Both the position numbers and the translations under genes were made by a program. Positions 1 to 11,860 of a stretch of 42,512 nt of DNA are shown piece after piece (position 1 is the stretch's first letter; each line of letters begins with the position of its first letter). The notes below the pieces were generated by a model. The model was given only the letters and a program-made list of their open reading frames with translations, made no database searches and was not told where the DNA came from. This DNA is from Octopus sinensis (lineage: Eukaryota), in assembly GCF_006345805.1 (NCBI RefSeq), contig NW_021835136.1, forward strand, positions 1 to 42,512, read 5' to 3'.

Positions 1-74
1 TGGAGTGAAAGTGACATGAACGTGTAGAAGACAATCTACGTCCGGTGCTTGATTGGAATGTAGCTGTTGTGAGT

Positions 75-449
75 GGAGGCGCAATGGCTCAGTGGTGTAG
101 GGCAGCGGACTCGCGGTCGCTGGATCGCGGTTTCGATTCCCGACCGGGCGTTGTGAGTGTTTATGAGCGAAACACCTAAAGCTCCACGAGGCTCCTGCAA
201 GGGGTGGTGGTGATCCCTGCTGTACTCTTTCACCACAACTTTCTCTCACTCTTACTTCCTGTTTTCTGTTGTACCTGTATTCAAAGGGCCGGCCTTGTCA
301 TCTCTGTGTTACGCTGAATATCCCCGAGAACTACGTTAAGGGTACACGTCTGTGGAGTGCTCAGCCACTTACACGTTAATTTCACGAGCAAGCTGTTCCG
401 TTGATTCGGATCAACCGGAACCCTCGTCGTCGTAACCGACGGAGTGCTT
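75..449 (+). mobile_element. tRNA-derived SINE (octopus family 1), apparently full length
   Basis: Pol III A-box TGGCTCAGTGG (85-95) and B-box GGTTTCGATTCCC (129-141); body matches an abundant octopus SINE as I remember it. Confidence 0.85.
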
Positions 450-907
450 CCATTCCAGCTGTTTGTGAAATGTTGATTACTTGAACAATGACAGTTGAAT
501 GACCTGATAATACTAATTAGATAAATGATCGTAAATCTAATCAACATGATACATTTTGCAAGTTTTAACATTTTAGTGGAATGTTTAAAATAACAAATGG
601 AATCAATGCCTCTTCCGGTGGTATTTGGTCTTAGTCTGCGGTATTACAGTATTTCATCTAGAAAACGAACGGTAGCAACAGATCAGATTTAATCCTTTAT
701 TTAACAATTCTAAAGCTTACATTGATAACATTAAATTGCAAGAAGATAGAATATCAATATAATTTCAAATCATGCAATATTTTCTGTTTCAAGCCATAGT
801 GAGAGGCCCTGAAACTCGTTTAAATTACAATCATGGTGGATTATACAGTCTCTTGCATGCATAGTGTTGTATTCAAAGTACAATTATAGTGTCGTTACAA
901 GGAAAGA

Positions 908-1017
908 ATATTTTATATTATATATGGAGAAAATATTATTTCATATTATATAGGAGAAAATATAATTTTATATTATATATGGAGAAAATTTTATTTTGTA
1001 TTATATATGCAGAAAAT
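908..1017. repeat. ~28-bp minisatellite, about 4 units
   Basis: Repeated unit of the form atattatatatggagaaaat(a/t)(a/t)tatttt. Confidence 0.8.
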
Positions 1018-1138
1018 ATCGTTTTATAGCATAAAATATCAGCAAAGACGATTCTTGGAGGCTCTTTTTCGATTTTCACACTCAAAGTTTGTTTGTTCTC
1101 TGCTGTTCTATCCTCTGTTCCATTACCAGTACTTGAAC
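936..1138 (-). CDS. Candidate exon, possibly terminal, of the aGPCR-like locus (SSTGNGTEDRTAENKQTLSVKIEKEPPRIVFADILCYKT...)
   Basis: Strong acceptor tttttttcattatgtttccag at 1139; phase 1 frame open to a TAA at 936-938; no good donor seen. Confidence 0.35.
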
Positions 1139-1238
1139 CTGGAAACATAATGAAAAAAAATAAAAATATAAAAGTTTAAGCACATTAATTACCGGATAGT
1201 ATTAATTTGTATATATATATATATGTTTTATTTCTTAC

Positions 1239-1283
1239 TATTCGAACTGTTAGAGCTGTTTTCGCTATGTATCCAGTACAACC
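1239..1283 (-). CDS. Candidate 45-nt phase 1-1 exon (LYWIHSENSSNSSN)
   Basis: Acceptor cttgtttaag, donor gtaaga, frame open and compatible with neighbouring phase-1 exons. Confidence 0.3.
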
Positions 1284-1454
1284 CTTAAACAAGTAAATAA
1301 TATTTCCCTAAACAATAGATCAACGTATTTCAGTTTGTGACTTATTCACGAATATACCATGAATGACGATGCCTTTCATGTTACTTCAGCCAATTGACAA
1401 GCGCTGATGGAAGAACTGTTCTTTTAGACAAATACACTGTCAACACAAAGGTCA

Positions 1455-1663
1455 CATCCTGTTTACATGTAGAAACACTTTCTTAAAATCTATCTGCACA
1501 TCTTGAAAATGGCCAGCGTGTATATTTCACAGAAGACAATGCTCGAAACGTAGAACTGAATCCATGAGAAACTACTTTGACAGCATTCTTCAAATTATGC
1601 CAATGTGATCTGTTTGCCCGAACACTGTTGTACGTAGAGATCCCCGTATACTCTACCTGGGCA
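1455..1663 (+). mobile_element. Helitron Rep/helicase coding fragment, degenerate
   Basis: Translates to AHLENGQRVYFTEDNARNVELNP*ETTLTAFFKLCQCDLFARTLLYVEIPVYSTW, matching the HLENGQRVYF...TTLTAFF.LC...D.FA.TLLY signature of animal Helitron proteins; in-frame TGA at 1565-1567. Confidence 0.85.
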
Positions 1664-2178
1664 CACAATATATATATGCACTCATATATTTATTGATTTA
1701 TATTTTTTAAAATAATAAATAAAATGACCATCCCGAAATATGTGTGTGTATATGTATATATATTTTTACATTTTCCCGAGCAATATATAATTTGTTACGG
1801 GATTTGACTAGTAAAAATGCTACTGTCTGTTTCGCGGCCTCTATTGTTGCATTTCCTCAATATTGACCACTACTTAGACATACTGACCGGATGTGCATAA
1901 ACCTCTTTTATGCTGGAAATAGACTTTATATTGATTTGGGAGTGGTAAAATGAAATGAATGGAAACGGAGTGAAAAATATTATATCATTGTTCGGCAATG
2001 GGATGTGATTTATTCCTCTTTTATATCTCTTAGAGATGAGTTAAAGCGTATGAGCTGTGTGTGTATCTATCGATCCTAATTCAAAAATTAATATGATCAC
2101 TTCGAACAAAATGAATTTTCGCCGAGGAAAATTATTTGCAGCACTAAATATTTTTCCTGTTTGAATTAAAGAAAGTAC

Positions 2179-2226
2179 TGGAATTGTGTGAATTATTCTG
2201 CCCAGTAGAGTCTGCATCTTCTACTT
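2179..2226 (-). CDS. Copy 1 linker exon 5 (VEDADSTGQNNSHNS), 48 nt, phase 1-1
   Basis: Acceptor ccttattttgtatag; donor gtactt is weak; conserved with 14624-14671. Read-through gives a TAG 11 codons later. Confidence 0.5.
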
Positions 2227-2562
2227 CTATACAAAATAAGGAGAAAACATTTTTGCCCTCGGATAATTGCTATAATTAAAAAGAAACTGAGCAAAGACAA
2301 ACAGTTCCGTAGGACAAAACGGAAAGCGCAAAATAAATGCTGATTTTTGAAATTATCCAAGCTTTGAGAAAATGTAATGAAATAGTTGTATGTATGAGAG
2401 AGAGGGGGGAGAGTCTGTGCGCTTGCGTGCACGCGTGGGTGTCCTAAGGTATCATCCGTTGTGGTTGATGATGACGACAACGACAAAGAGGATGGTATGG
2501 TGATTGATGAAGCTAATTATGACGGTAATGGTGTTAGAAAATGAAGAAACACGATTACTTAC

Positions 2563-2678
2563 TTTCATCAAGCAAATTCATGTTGAGCAATGCCTGGAAT
2601 TGTTCAAAACTTGGGAGATATTGCGCCGCAGTTGACTTTGAACACTTAAAGAGATTAATTGTTTTGTTTCAATTATTT
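2563..2678 (-). CDS. Copy 1 exon 4 (..SVQSQLRRNISQVLNN[F]QALLNMNLLDE), one T missing in a T run
   Basis: Donor gtaagt at 2562; a 42-nt stretch identical to copy 2; 18-nt in-frame indel versus copy 2. Acceptor uncertain (2678 or 2644). Confidence 0.55.
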
Positions 2679-2725
2679 CTATATTCAAATATAGCTTAGG
2701 ATTGGATCATCATAGGTAAAATAAC

Positions 2726-2784
2726 CGCATTCAGTATGGTTGAGAACAGAATTAGTGAAGAAGGCTAGAACTACAAGCGGGTGC
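2726..2784 (-). CDS. Copy 1 exon 3, short form (HPLVVLAFFTNSVLNHTEC)
   Basis: Acceptor ctaacttttag at 2785; frame open; donor gttatt is weak. The upstream long-form acceptor is CAC rather than CAG (2873-2875). Confidence 0.45.
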
Positions 2785-3132
2785 CTAAAAGTTAGTGTTA
2801 AGAACATATTCGTCCAGTACCGTGGCTTGCCCTCTTTAGCATGTAAGAAATCCACATGGTGGTCTTCCCTCCGTGTATAAATTTTTATATACATTTATAT
2901 TATATATATATATATGGTAATTCCTGGTTGGTTTTAAATTGCTTATTAGCACCTTAATTATATATAATCTTCACATTGCCATTTTGTGAAATCAATCACT
3001 CATTTTTATGTCATTCTGAAAGATATTGACAGGCGTGAGCTAACCTCCACAAGCGTAATGGATGTGAGCATTGCTGATGAGTATTAACTTCTTATAAGAA
3101 TTACCATGCTAATCTAATCCATCTGGCTTACC

Positions 3133-6100
3133 GTATTCCTGCTTGCTGAGGACATCTTTGTTGGGGATATGATTCTGCCATTTGATGCGGGGATTTTTCG
3201 GAGGCAGCGCAGGTGAATGAAAGATGTTTAGGTGAGGCTCTTGGTGTGTGTTATAGCGTCCAAGTCTCACTTCCATACAGTAGAGTGCTGAGTAACATGC
3301 AGGTGGTAGATTTCATTTTCGTGGTCTTCATCAGCTTATTGTTGTCCCAAGCCCGTTTGGAGAGTTGGGCCATCGCAGCAGCTGTTTTCCAATGCGTATA
3401 TTGAGCTCAGCGTCAAGGGATAGGTTGTAGGTGACGATAGAGTCCAGATAGGCAAACTTCTCCACCTCTTGTAATCTGTGGTCTCCAATATGTATGTTGG
3501 GATGTCCGATGTAGCCTGACCCATGATGTTGGTCTTCTTAAGGATGATAGCTAAGCCAAAGTCGTTACATGCTTGCTCAAAACAGTCAATGAACCTTTGG
3601 AGGGCTTCTTCTGTGTGTGATTACCAGAGCGGCATCATCAGCAAATAGCATCTCCTTGATCAGGACGTTTCTGATTTTGGTCTTGGCACACAGGCGCGAG
3701 AGATTGAACAGTTCCCGTCACTTCTACTGTGCAGAAAAACACTCCATCATCTGATGTCTGAAAGGCTTGTGAAAGTAAGAGCGAGAAGAAGATGCCAAAA
3801 AATGTAGGAGCGAGGACACAACCTTGCTTTACCCCGTTTTTTATTTGGAAGGCGGCTGATGTTGAACCGTTTGTGCTGTATGGTGCCTTGCATGTCATCA
3901 TGGAAAGACTTGATGATCCTCAGCAGCTTTGGGGACATCCGATTTTTTGGAGCAGGATTAAGAAGCCTGTTCTGCTTACCGAGTCAAAAGCCTTTGTTAG
4001 ATCAATGAAGGCCATATATAATGGCATTTTCTGCTCTCTGGACTCTCCTGAAGTTGGCGTACGGAGAATATCATATCGATAGTTGATCTGCTTCTTCTAA
4101 AGCCACACTGCGATTCCGGATAGATACGAGAAGCAAGTAGTTGTAGCCTGGCCAGGATAACGCGGGCAAAGGTCTTTCCAACAGTGCTTAGAAGAGATAT
4201 ACCACGGTAATTGTTACAATCACCACGGTCACCTTTGTTTTTGAAAAGCGTAATGGTGTTAGCATCCCGCATATCCTGAGGGACTGTACCCTCTTCCCAG
4301 CACTGACACAGAAGCTCATGAAGATGCCGAAGCAGGATGGGGTTTTTACCGGCTTTGATGATATCTGCGGGGGGGTGCCGTCTTTTCCCGGAGACTTAGT
4401 TCTTGCTAGGAAGTTAACAGCCTTGGTGAGCTCTGCTATAGATGGCGGACTGTCAAGTTCGCACATGACTGGCAAGATCTTGAGACTCTCGACTGCACTC
4501 AGCCACTGTAGTCTCCCGTGAGTAGAGATCCTGGTAGTGCTCCACCCATCTATCCATTTGTTGCCTTGATCCGTGATGAGATCTCCAGAGGGGCTGACTT
4601 GGTTGCGGATGGACCGAGGGCCTTCTTCAAACCGGCATACATACATCCCACAGGTGTCGCCACTGTCAGCAGCTGACTGGATACTCTGACAGATTTCCTG
4701 CCAATACCCATTTGCACAGCGTCTGGCTGTCAGTTGGGTTTTATTTCGTGCCTTTCTGAGTTCTTCGAGGGACTTTGTAGAAGATTCACTCTTGTATTGC
4801 ATCAGAGCTGCACACCTTTGCTTCGATAACTGGCTCCAGCTCTGAGAGCCCAGCATTGAACGAATCTGGGTTTACCTTTCTCTCATGCCGAAAGTATCTA
4901 TTGATTCGTATACAAAGCTTCCCTGATATAGTTCCACCTACTTTCAGCAGAGGAGGTTGGGCAGCTACTGAGGGCAACTTTGATAGAAGCAGCAAAACAT
5001 TTTCGCAGTGTAGGTTCCGAGGTTCTGGCAGTGTTAATGCGTGGTCGGCCCACTTTCTTGAAGCGATGGACTTTTTAGGGCAGAATCCTCACCCTACTTC
5101 TAATTAGTGAGTGGTCTGTGTCACAATCCGCGCTGTGGTAACTGCGGGTCAATAGAGTAGAATTCAGAAAGGATCTCCGTGTAATGATGAGATCCAGCTG
5201 ATGAGCAGTGGTGAGATCTTGGATGTCTCCAAGATGCCTTGTGGGAAGGCTTGTTGGTAAAGAATGTGTTTGTGATGCACAGGTTGTGGTATGTGCAGAA
5301 TACGAGTAGTCTCTGACCATTGTCATTCATGTTGCCAATACCAAAGTGTCCAACACAAATGGGCACGAATCATGGTCAGATCCCACGCGAGCGTTAAAAT
5401 CCCCCAGAAGGTAGATATTTTCAGTCGTTGGTATATTTTCTATGACACAGTTGAGATCTTTGTAGAACTGGTACTGGTCTCCTCTGAGCTGTAGAAAGTG
5501 AGAGTAGAGATGCTGAGTAGATGTACTGAGCCAGAAGAAGTCGAGAGGCGCAGTGAGGGGATACGCTCAGTGCCTCCTGATGGTGGTTCTATTGAGGAGA
5601 GTAATGAGTTTCTCACTGCAAAGCCAACGCCATGCTGACGAGGTTCTTCTGGATCGCTTCCTGCCAAAAGGAGGTGAAATCCTGCTCTTTGAGTTTGCCG
5701 TTCGAGGGGAGACTTGTCTCCTGCAGCCCAGCAATATCTATGTTGAGCTCTTTAGTTCACGGTCAATGATGGCCGTTTTCCTTGTGTCTTCAACCCTGAG
5801 TAGATCATCAGATATTCCAGGGCACATGGTCCTGACATTCCAACTTGCCAACCGCACAACTGGTGTTTTCTTGACTTTTAGTTGTTTGCCTGGTGCAGAG
5901 GTTGCAGGCCGCTTTTCAAGTCATACTTTAGCTTCAAGCACCCAATGAAGCAGGCGACCTGTGGCGGGTCAGCACCTTATTAACTGGGGGCTGCCCAGCT
6001 TGAGGTGGGCAGTAGCTAACCAATAGGACACGGAGGTCCCTCCCACCGTCAGAGGTAACCGTAGCGCCAATATTTTACGCCAATCTGAATAGACTTATCA

Positions 6101-6493
6101 CTCGTGACTGTTACCTCCGTGTTGTTTTACAGCTTTTTACAGCAGCACTGAAGTGTCCTCTCCAGTTTTGCGCAAGCCTGGGCTATAGATAAGAAAGTCC
6201 TGGGTAGCCCAATCGTCAGGTTTCCTCTCTCGACCTTGCTGATGTAGTCCAAAGGAGTGCAGTGCATTACGTTTGGCACCAGCTTGGTTGCAGGAGCTGC
6301 CGGAAGAGTGTCGAGTCGAACACTAGACCGCCTTCGGGGCTCCACTCCGGATTTCTTTGAAGGTTGTTTCCGTTCCGTAACCCTGGATAGGGGCCCATAC
6401 CGGGTACTGTCAGCCGGAGCCCGGAACTCGTGTCAGGCAGGGTCGTCACTCCCTGAAGTAGTGAAGAAGTTCGCTACCCACTACCTTTTCAAG
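3133..6493 (-). mobile_element. RTE-clade (BovB-like) LINE: 5' UTR, APE endonuclease and RT, frameshifted, 3' end missing
   Basis: LASWNVRT, ELNIDIAGLQET, DCNNYRGISLLS, YPESQCGFRRSRSTIDMIF, GVKQGCVLAP and FADD motifs; coding stops abruptly at RCLRKI.RIKWQNHIPNKDVLSK. Confidence 0.95.
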
Positions 6494-6513
6494 TAATGTT
6501 AAATTATTATTAG

Positions 6514-6514
<1 letters not shown>

Positions 6515-6567
<53 letters not shown>
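6515..6567. repeat. (TA)n microsatellite at the LINE 5' junction
   Basis: Pure TA run. Confidence 0.95.
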
Positions 6568-6573
<6 letters not shown>

Positions 6574-6789
6574 CACAGTTCTCTCTTTATCTTTATATGG
6601 GTTGGTTTGTCCTTTGTAAATAAAACATTGATAAAAACACTTAAGCATTTCGTCGAAGGTACGAATTAGTATATTGTGGGTCACAAGTAAAACAGTTGAT
6701 TATGGTGACGTCTAATACATGCGATAAAATCGAATGTTTGGAACAAAACAAAATAAATTTGAATAAATGTGTTAGAAGCTTTTGCTTAC

Positions 6790-6841
6790 CCAGGATATTC
6801 AACTCGGAATTTTCCAGTCACGTTAAAAACTCATGCTCCAT
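6790..6841 (-). CDS. Copy 1 exon M (MEHEF[L/F]NVTGKFRVEYPG after restoring one base)
   Basis: Acceptor cttttgcag, donor gtaagc; 52 nt versus 53 nt in copy 2, with the missing base in TTTTTAA. Confidence 0.6.
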
Positions 6842-7187
6842 CTGCAAAAGCCAGATGTGTATATATATATATGCATACATTAAATTCAAGAAACAAGTTT
6901 GATTTAAAAGCTTTGAGAAGTATAAAAAGATACAGATAAGGAAATCATTTTACATATGTATGTATTTATGTGTTTAAGCTGATCAGGCTAAACAAAATAC
7001 TGATCATAACAAAATCGATATCACTATCTACGAAACGTATTGAGCTCACTCACTATTTAAATTGACGTTTTGCATTTCTTGTATAAAATATGCATGTGTG
7101 TGTGTGTGTGAGTGTATGCATGTGTGCGCGTGTTCAGCGCGCGCGTGTGTGTGTGTTCGGAGAAAGAAGAGACAGATATCTACTCAC

Positions 7188-7270
7188 GGCTCTTGATATG
7201 TTCTCAGCAGGTTTTTTATATTCGTTGAAAGATTTTAAAATCAAACGAAATGCGAAGGATTTGGTCCAGC
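7188..7270 (-). CDS. Copy 1 exon A (WTKSFAFRLILKSFNEYKKPAENISRA), SEA-like start
   Basis: Acceptor atcaatccatag, donor gtgagt; 83 nt, phase 1 to 0, frame open; conserved with 18501-18582. Confidence 0.65.
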
Positions 7271-7503
7271 CTATGGATTGATATAGAAATAATTGCTGTA
7301 TTTATAAATGAGACACACGTCATAGATGCACATAAAACCCACATACGTAGATAAAAATATACATTCATAATCACATATACACTTAAAAATACTATAAATA
7401 AATATATTATATATACGAACATACAGACTCACATTAATACATCTGCATCTACATGTATAAACACATATATAAATGCATGTGTACCACATACACAGTTCAT
7501 GTA

Positions 7504-7554
<51 letters not shown>

Positions 7555-7621
7555 ATATATATATATATGTATATATATGAACAATTTCAGTTAGAATGGT
7601 TGATTCTCTCAATTTCGATAC

Positions 7622-7684
7622 CATATGACAAAGGCAAGAAATTCTGTCTTCTCTGCAATTCTGAGCTATTTTTCATTATTTTTT
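7622..7684 (-). CDS. Candidate 63-nt phase 1-1 exon (KIMKNSSELQRRQNFLPLSY)
   Basis: Acceptor tatttttag, donor gtatcg, frame open; no counterpart seen in copy 2. Confidence 0.2.
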
Positions 7685-8354
7685 CTAAAAATACTCTAGT
7701 AAGCACGGTTATAGAGCGAGCATACAGATGTAAGCATTGGCAGAAACGTACATTTAGTGCATATAAGTAGTCTCTATAATTATATATAATTCAAACTTTA
7801 ATTTCCTTTATATTTAACATTCACTATGGGTATCCCTACTCTTTCTGTTAGCTACTTATGACGTTATATCATATAACGTTTTTTTTAACAATATTAATAG
7901 CGTGCTGTCTATCACTCTACAAATCCATCATTTTTTGCTAAAATGTCTTATTGACAAGTTTCGCTTTTTTCACCTTCCTGAAGAGAAGATTGCATTCTTT
8001 CATTTATTCTTTTGAATAGTAACAGTGGAATTGTCGAAACATGTGTCGAAAGTAAAAATATTTGATTACACCTGCGTTAAACTCCATTTATTTATTCATA
8101 TATTATTCAAAATATTCAACGTAAACACGAAGTTTCTACCTTTATAAACAAGGAGTTACAACATCTTTACTTGAGAGATTTTGCTACCCTGGTAACTATT
8201 TATTATTTTTTCCGTGTTAATCGTTAACAAGGTAAAAATACACTCATCTATTTATATATACATATATGCAAATCAGCCACATTTGCATACATACGTACAT
8301 ATATATATATATAAGTTTATATTCATATTATACATAAGTAAACATATAATATTG

Positions 8355-8422
<68 letters not shown>

Positions 8423-8880
8423 TATATATATATACATATAATATACATTTAGAAACATTATTTGCATCTATGTGCACGTACACGTATCCAATATAGGATT
8501 TCATTATAGGGACAGCACTTCTGTGAAACGATCGTAAAAAAGGTTTAAATATTTAATTCAAAACTTATAAACTGTCATATACATTATATATTTATACGTA
8601 TACATATATACATATATTTTTATAAATATTTATATTTATTTATTTATATATTTTTAATACAACCATTTTTTTTCACACGTGTATATCTTTCTGTGAAGTT
8701 TTCTGATATTGAATTCTTAATATTAATAATAACATATTATTTAAAAATATATATAATCGCTCGCATTAAATATATAAATACCTTAATAATATTAACACTT
8801 TGATACAATAGAGCACTCAATATATATTCAGTATGTAATATTCTCATTGAATATATTTGACTAAAGATTCATATATACTC

Positions 8881-9300
8881 TTTACTCTTTTTACTCTTTT
8901 ATTTGTTTCAGTCATTTGACTGTGGCCATGCTGGAGCACCGCGTTTAGTCGAGCAAATCGACCCCAGTACTTATTCTTTGTAAGCCTAGTATTTATTCTA
9001 TCGGTCTCTTTTGCCGAACCGCTAAGTTACAGGGTCGTAAACACACCAGCATCGGTTGTCAAGCGATGTTGAAGGGGGGGCAAAAACAGACACAAACATA
9101 TACACACATACACACACATAGATATATATACATATACATATATACGACAGGCTTCTTTCAATTTCCGTCTACCAAATCCACTCACAAGGCTTTGGTCGGC
9201 CTGAGGTTATAGCAGAAGACACTTGCCCAAGGTACCACGCAGTGGGACTGAACCCGGGACCATATGGTTCGTAAGCAATCTACTTACCACACACCCACTA
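8881..9300 (-). mobile_element. tRNA-head SINE (octopus family 2), near full length
   Basis: Reverse complement has the head gtgtggtaag..ggttcagtcccactgcgtgg, the middle gtgagtggatttggtagacggaaa and the tail gctccagcatggcc..aaagagtaaa. Confidence 0.9.
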
Positions 9301-9303
9301 CTA

Positions 9304-9361
<58 letters not shown>

Positions 9362-9651
9362 TATATGCAACCATGCCCACACATGCAGACATATGTATTA
9401 GAATATGATTGTTCCTTTCCAGCAACACAAAACCATCCAATGGCCATTTTTATGGGTTTCGAAACAAAAAGCCTACAGTTACAAGGAAAATGACAATAAT
9501 AAAAGCACAGTAAAATAGAACGCAAAAGAAATATCTAAAGCGGTTTTATTAATTTGATTACCCTGTGTACGAGGGATACAATGTGTGCAAGGAAGAGGGA
9601 TATTAGCGTTTGGAAGGAGAATCGCTTTCAATTGAAATTTCAGGAAGAACC

Positions 9652-9930
9652 TGCGTGGTACTTGGGCAAGTGTCTTTCTACTTAAGCCTCGGACCGACCA
9701 AAACATTGTGAGTGGATTTGGTAGACGGAAACTGAAAGAAGCCTGTCGTATATATGTATATGTATATATATCTATGTGTGTGTATGTGTGTATGTTTGTG
9801 TCTGTTTTTGTCCCCCCCCTCCAACATCGCTTGACAACCGATGCTGGTGTGTTTACGACCCTGTAACTTAGCGGTTCGGCAAAAGAGACCGATAGAATAA
9901 ATACTAGGCTTACAAAGAATAAGTACTGGG
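9652..9930 (+). mobile_element. Family 2 SINE, 5'-truncated
   Basis: Same middle and 3' motifs as 8881-9300, opposite orientation. Confidence 0.85.
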
Positions 9931-10129
9931 GCCTTTTCTCTCTCGCGTCGCTTAATTTAGGCTTTTTGGACACAGTTTCTGCACTTTTCACACTTTCAGG
10001 CCTTTTCATTAGAATTATAGCAAGAGAAGTCTGCTTTTACCTGCCTTTTTATTCAGTCTTTAGTAGTTTTTCTGTGCCACATTGTAAATACTCGGCTAAG
10101 CTTTTTTTCCATCTCTATACGTTCTTCTA

Positions 10130-10790
10130 CTGCTATTAAGCATCTCCCAGTCTGGTCTTTCCTTAATTACAGTTGGTTGATATCTGCTTTCGGATGTTGA
10201 GCTCCACATATTTTCAGCAACTTATTAGATTTTGTCAAATTTATTTATTTTGATTATTATTTCTCTTTATCAGAGGTTTTGTAGGAGTTCCTTGAGGCTT
10301 GCATTGTGGGAGTTCCTGGACACTTGCTCATTCTAATGTCGACCCTCCAGTTTGTGGCCAAAGCTTACTCTTGCGCTGCCAATATAGTGTTCTCGGTCTC
10401 TTTCTTTAGAATTCCTTTCATCAGCCAATCCCACCTATTTTTTGTTATATGGAAATTGATTATGTACTCCCTTCTTGCGTCATTCCTTTTCATTTCTTTT
10501 TGAATTTCTTCCTTCGTTTTTCCTGCTTTCAATACTCCCTCATTCCTAACTGTCACTAGCAAGGTTTCCTTACTTTGGGTTCGGTATCACATTAAGCCCT
10601 CGAGTTCGATACGCACAACTGTCAGTCTTCTTTCTCCATTCGTTCTCTTCGTGTATCGGCGATCAATGTCTGCACGTGGATGATGGGCTCCATACATCGT
10701 TAGGACCTTTCTTGACTTCCTGTCCATCTCCTTTAGCTTCTCTGTCCACTTCAGTTTTCCAGCTTTCAAACCAATATTTTGCTCACTCGC
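10130..10790 (-). mobile_element. R4/Dong-type LINE fragment (C-terminal to RT)
   Basis: LKEMDRKSRKVLTMYGAHHPRADIDR and WDWLMKGILKKETENTILAAQE motifs. Confidence 0.8.
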
Positions 10791-11009
10791 CAAAAGTGCT
10801 CTCTTTTTCTCTTTTCCTTCATGTCGTGGTGTTTGATTCCATCTGTGTGTGAGTGTGAGTGTGAGTGAGAGAGAGAGAGGGAGTGTGTGTGTGGGGGGAG
10901 AGGGCATTGTAAACGATGAATGAAATGAACATGAAATGAAAAAATCGTGTAAATAAAAGAGCATAATAAACGGAATAATACAGGTTTCAGACATTGGTAC
11001 GTGACCAGC

Positions 11010-11196
11010 CGATTCGGTGTAGGGGGTTAAGTTGATTACATTGACCCAGAGCTCAACTTGCGCTTATTTTATCGACACAGAAATTATGAAAAGCAAAGTC
11101 AATCTTGGCGGAATTTGAACTCAGAACGTAAAGACAGACGAAGTACTGCAAAGCATTTCTCCCGCTCTGCTAACGATTCTGCCAGCTTACCGCCTA
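11010..11196 (-). mobile_element. tRNA-head SINE (octopus family 3)
   Basis: Reverse complement reads aggcggtaagctggcagaatcgttagc..gttctgagttcaaattccgcc, followed by a conserved central domain. Confidence 0.8.
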
Positions 11197-11402
11197 ATTT
11201 AAGGATTAATAGTGATAAGTTTTCATAATGGTCTAATGAGAAATTGAAATCATCACATCACTAAATGCATATGAAAATCTATTCAATTTGACAGTGCCAT
11301 AGTAACATTTGAGAGAAATAAATTGCTTATATTCTATGACAAACAGATATGTAGGGTATGTCATTGAATATTTGAAGATTCTACAACCACCGCTCCAACG
11401 TA

Positions 11403-11648
11403 ATGTATGCAAAGAGGTATGTACCAGTAATATCCCTGTTGTTATTTCTGCTTCTCTATCTACTCAGCCTGTCTGCAGAATGTTTACGAAAACGTGCTTT
11501 TAACGATATTACAATAATGAACTCAACCCTCCAAAGTAATAAATTCTTTAATAACGTTTCCATAAATGAGTCAAATGATTTGCCGTTGAACGAGATGGAC
11601 ACATTCCTGGAGGACTCAAACGGGAGAATAGGTTGCATTACCTTTTGA
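11403..11648 (+). CDS. Candidate secreted-protein ORF or first exon, antisense within the aGPCR-like intron
   Basis: MYAKRYVPVISLLLFLLLYLLSLSA looks like a signal peptide, followed by RKR and three N-glycosylation sequons (NST, NVS, NES); possible phase-1 donor after 11631. Confidence 0.35.
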   Translation: MYAKRYVPVISLLLFLLLYLLSLSAECLRKRAFNDITIMNSTLQSNKFFNNVSINESNDLPLNEMDTFLEDSNGRIGCITF

Positions 11649-11860
11649 TAAATCATTGTAATTACAAACACACACACACACACACAGGACAGTCATAATG
11701 GAACAGACATAGAAAGACATACACATACACACTCACCACCCCCACCCCCACCAGAGTGGTCGTATTTAAACAGACAGAAAGTCACTCACAAAAATTACTT
11801 CTTCTCATCCTGCTACTTCTACTACTGTAAAAGTCATTTAAAAATAATTTGCTCGCTCAC

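Larger units (their letters stand above)
1700..7400 (-). repeat. Copy 1 of the tandemly duplicated SEA-like exon block (paralogue of ~14150-18705), interrupted by an RTE LINE
   Basis: Colinear intron and exon similarity: 1740-2640 vs 14190-15100, 2680-2890 vs 15590-15780, 2915-3132 vs 16250-16471, 6570-6940 vs 17222-17620, 7045-7400 vs 18325-18705. Confidence 0.92.

Noticed and set aside
75-150. tRNA gene
   Set aside because: A and B boxes are present, but the sequence continues into a SINE body with no complete cloverleaf or terminator; the other SINE heads are similar.
1020-1138. C2H2 zinc-finger gene suggested by VKIEKEP
   Set aside because: No zinc-finger motifs follow.
6380-6493. HDV-like ribozyme at RTE 5' ends (also ~23240 and ~36510)
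   Set aside because: Expected for some RTE elements, but I could not build the nested double pseudoknot by eye; needs a motif search.
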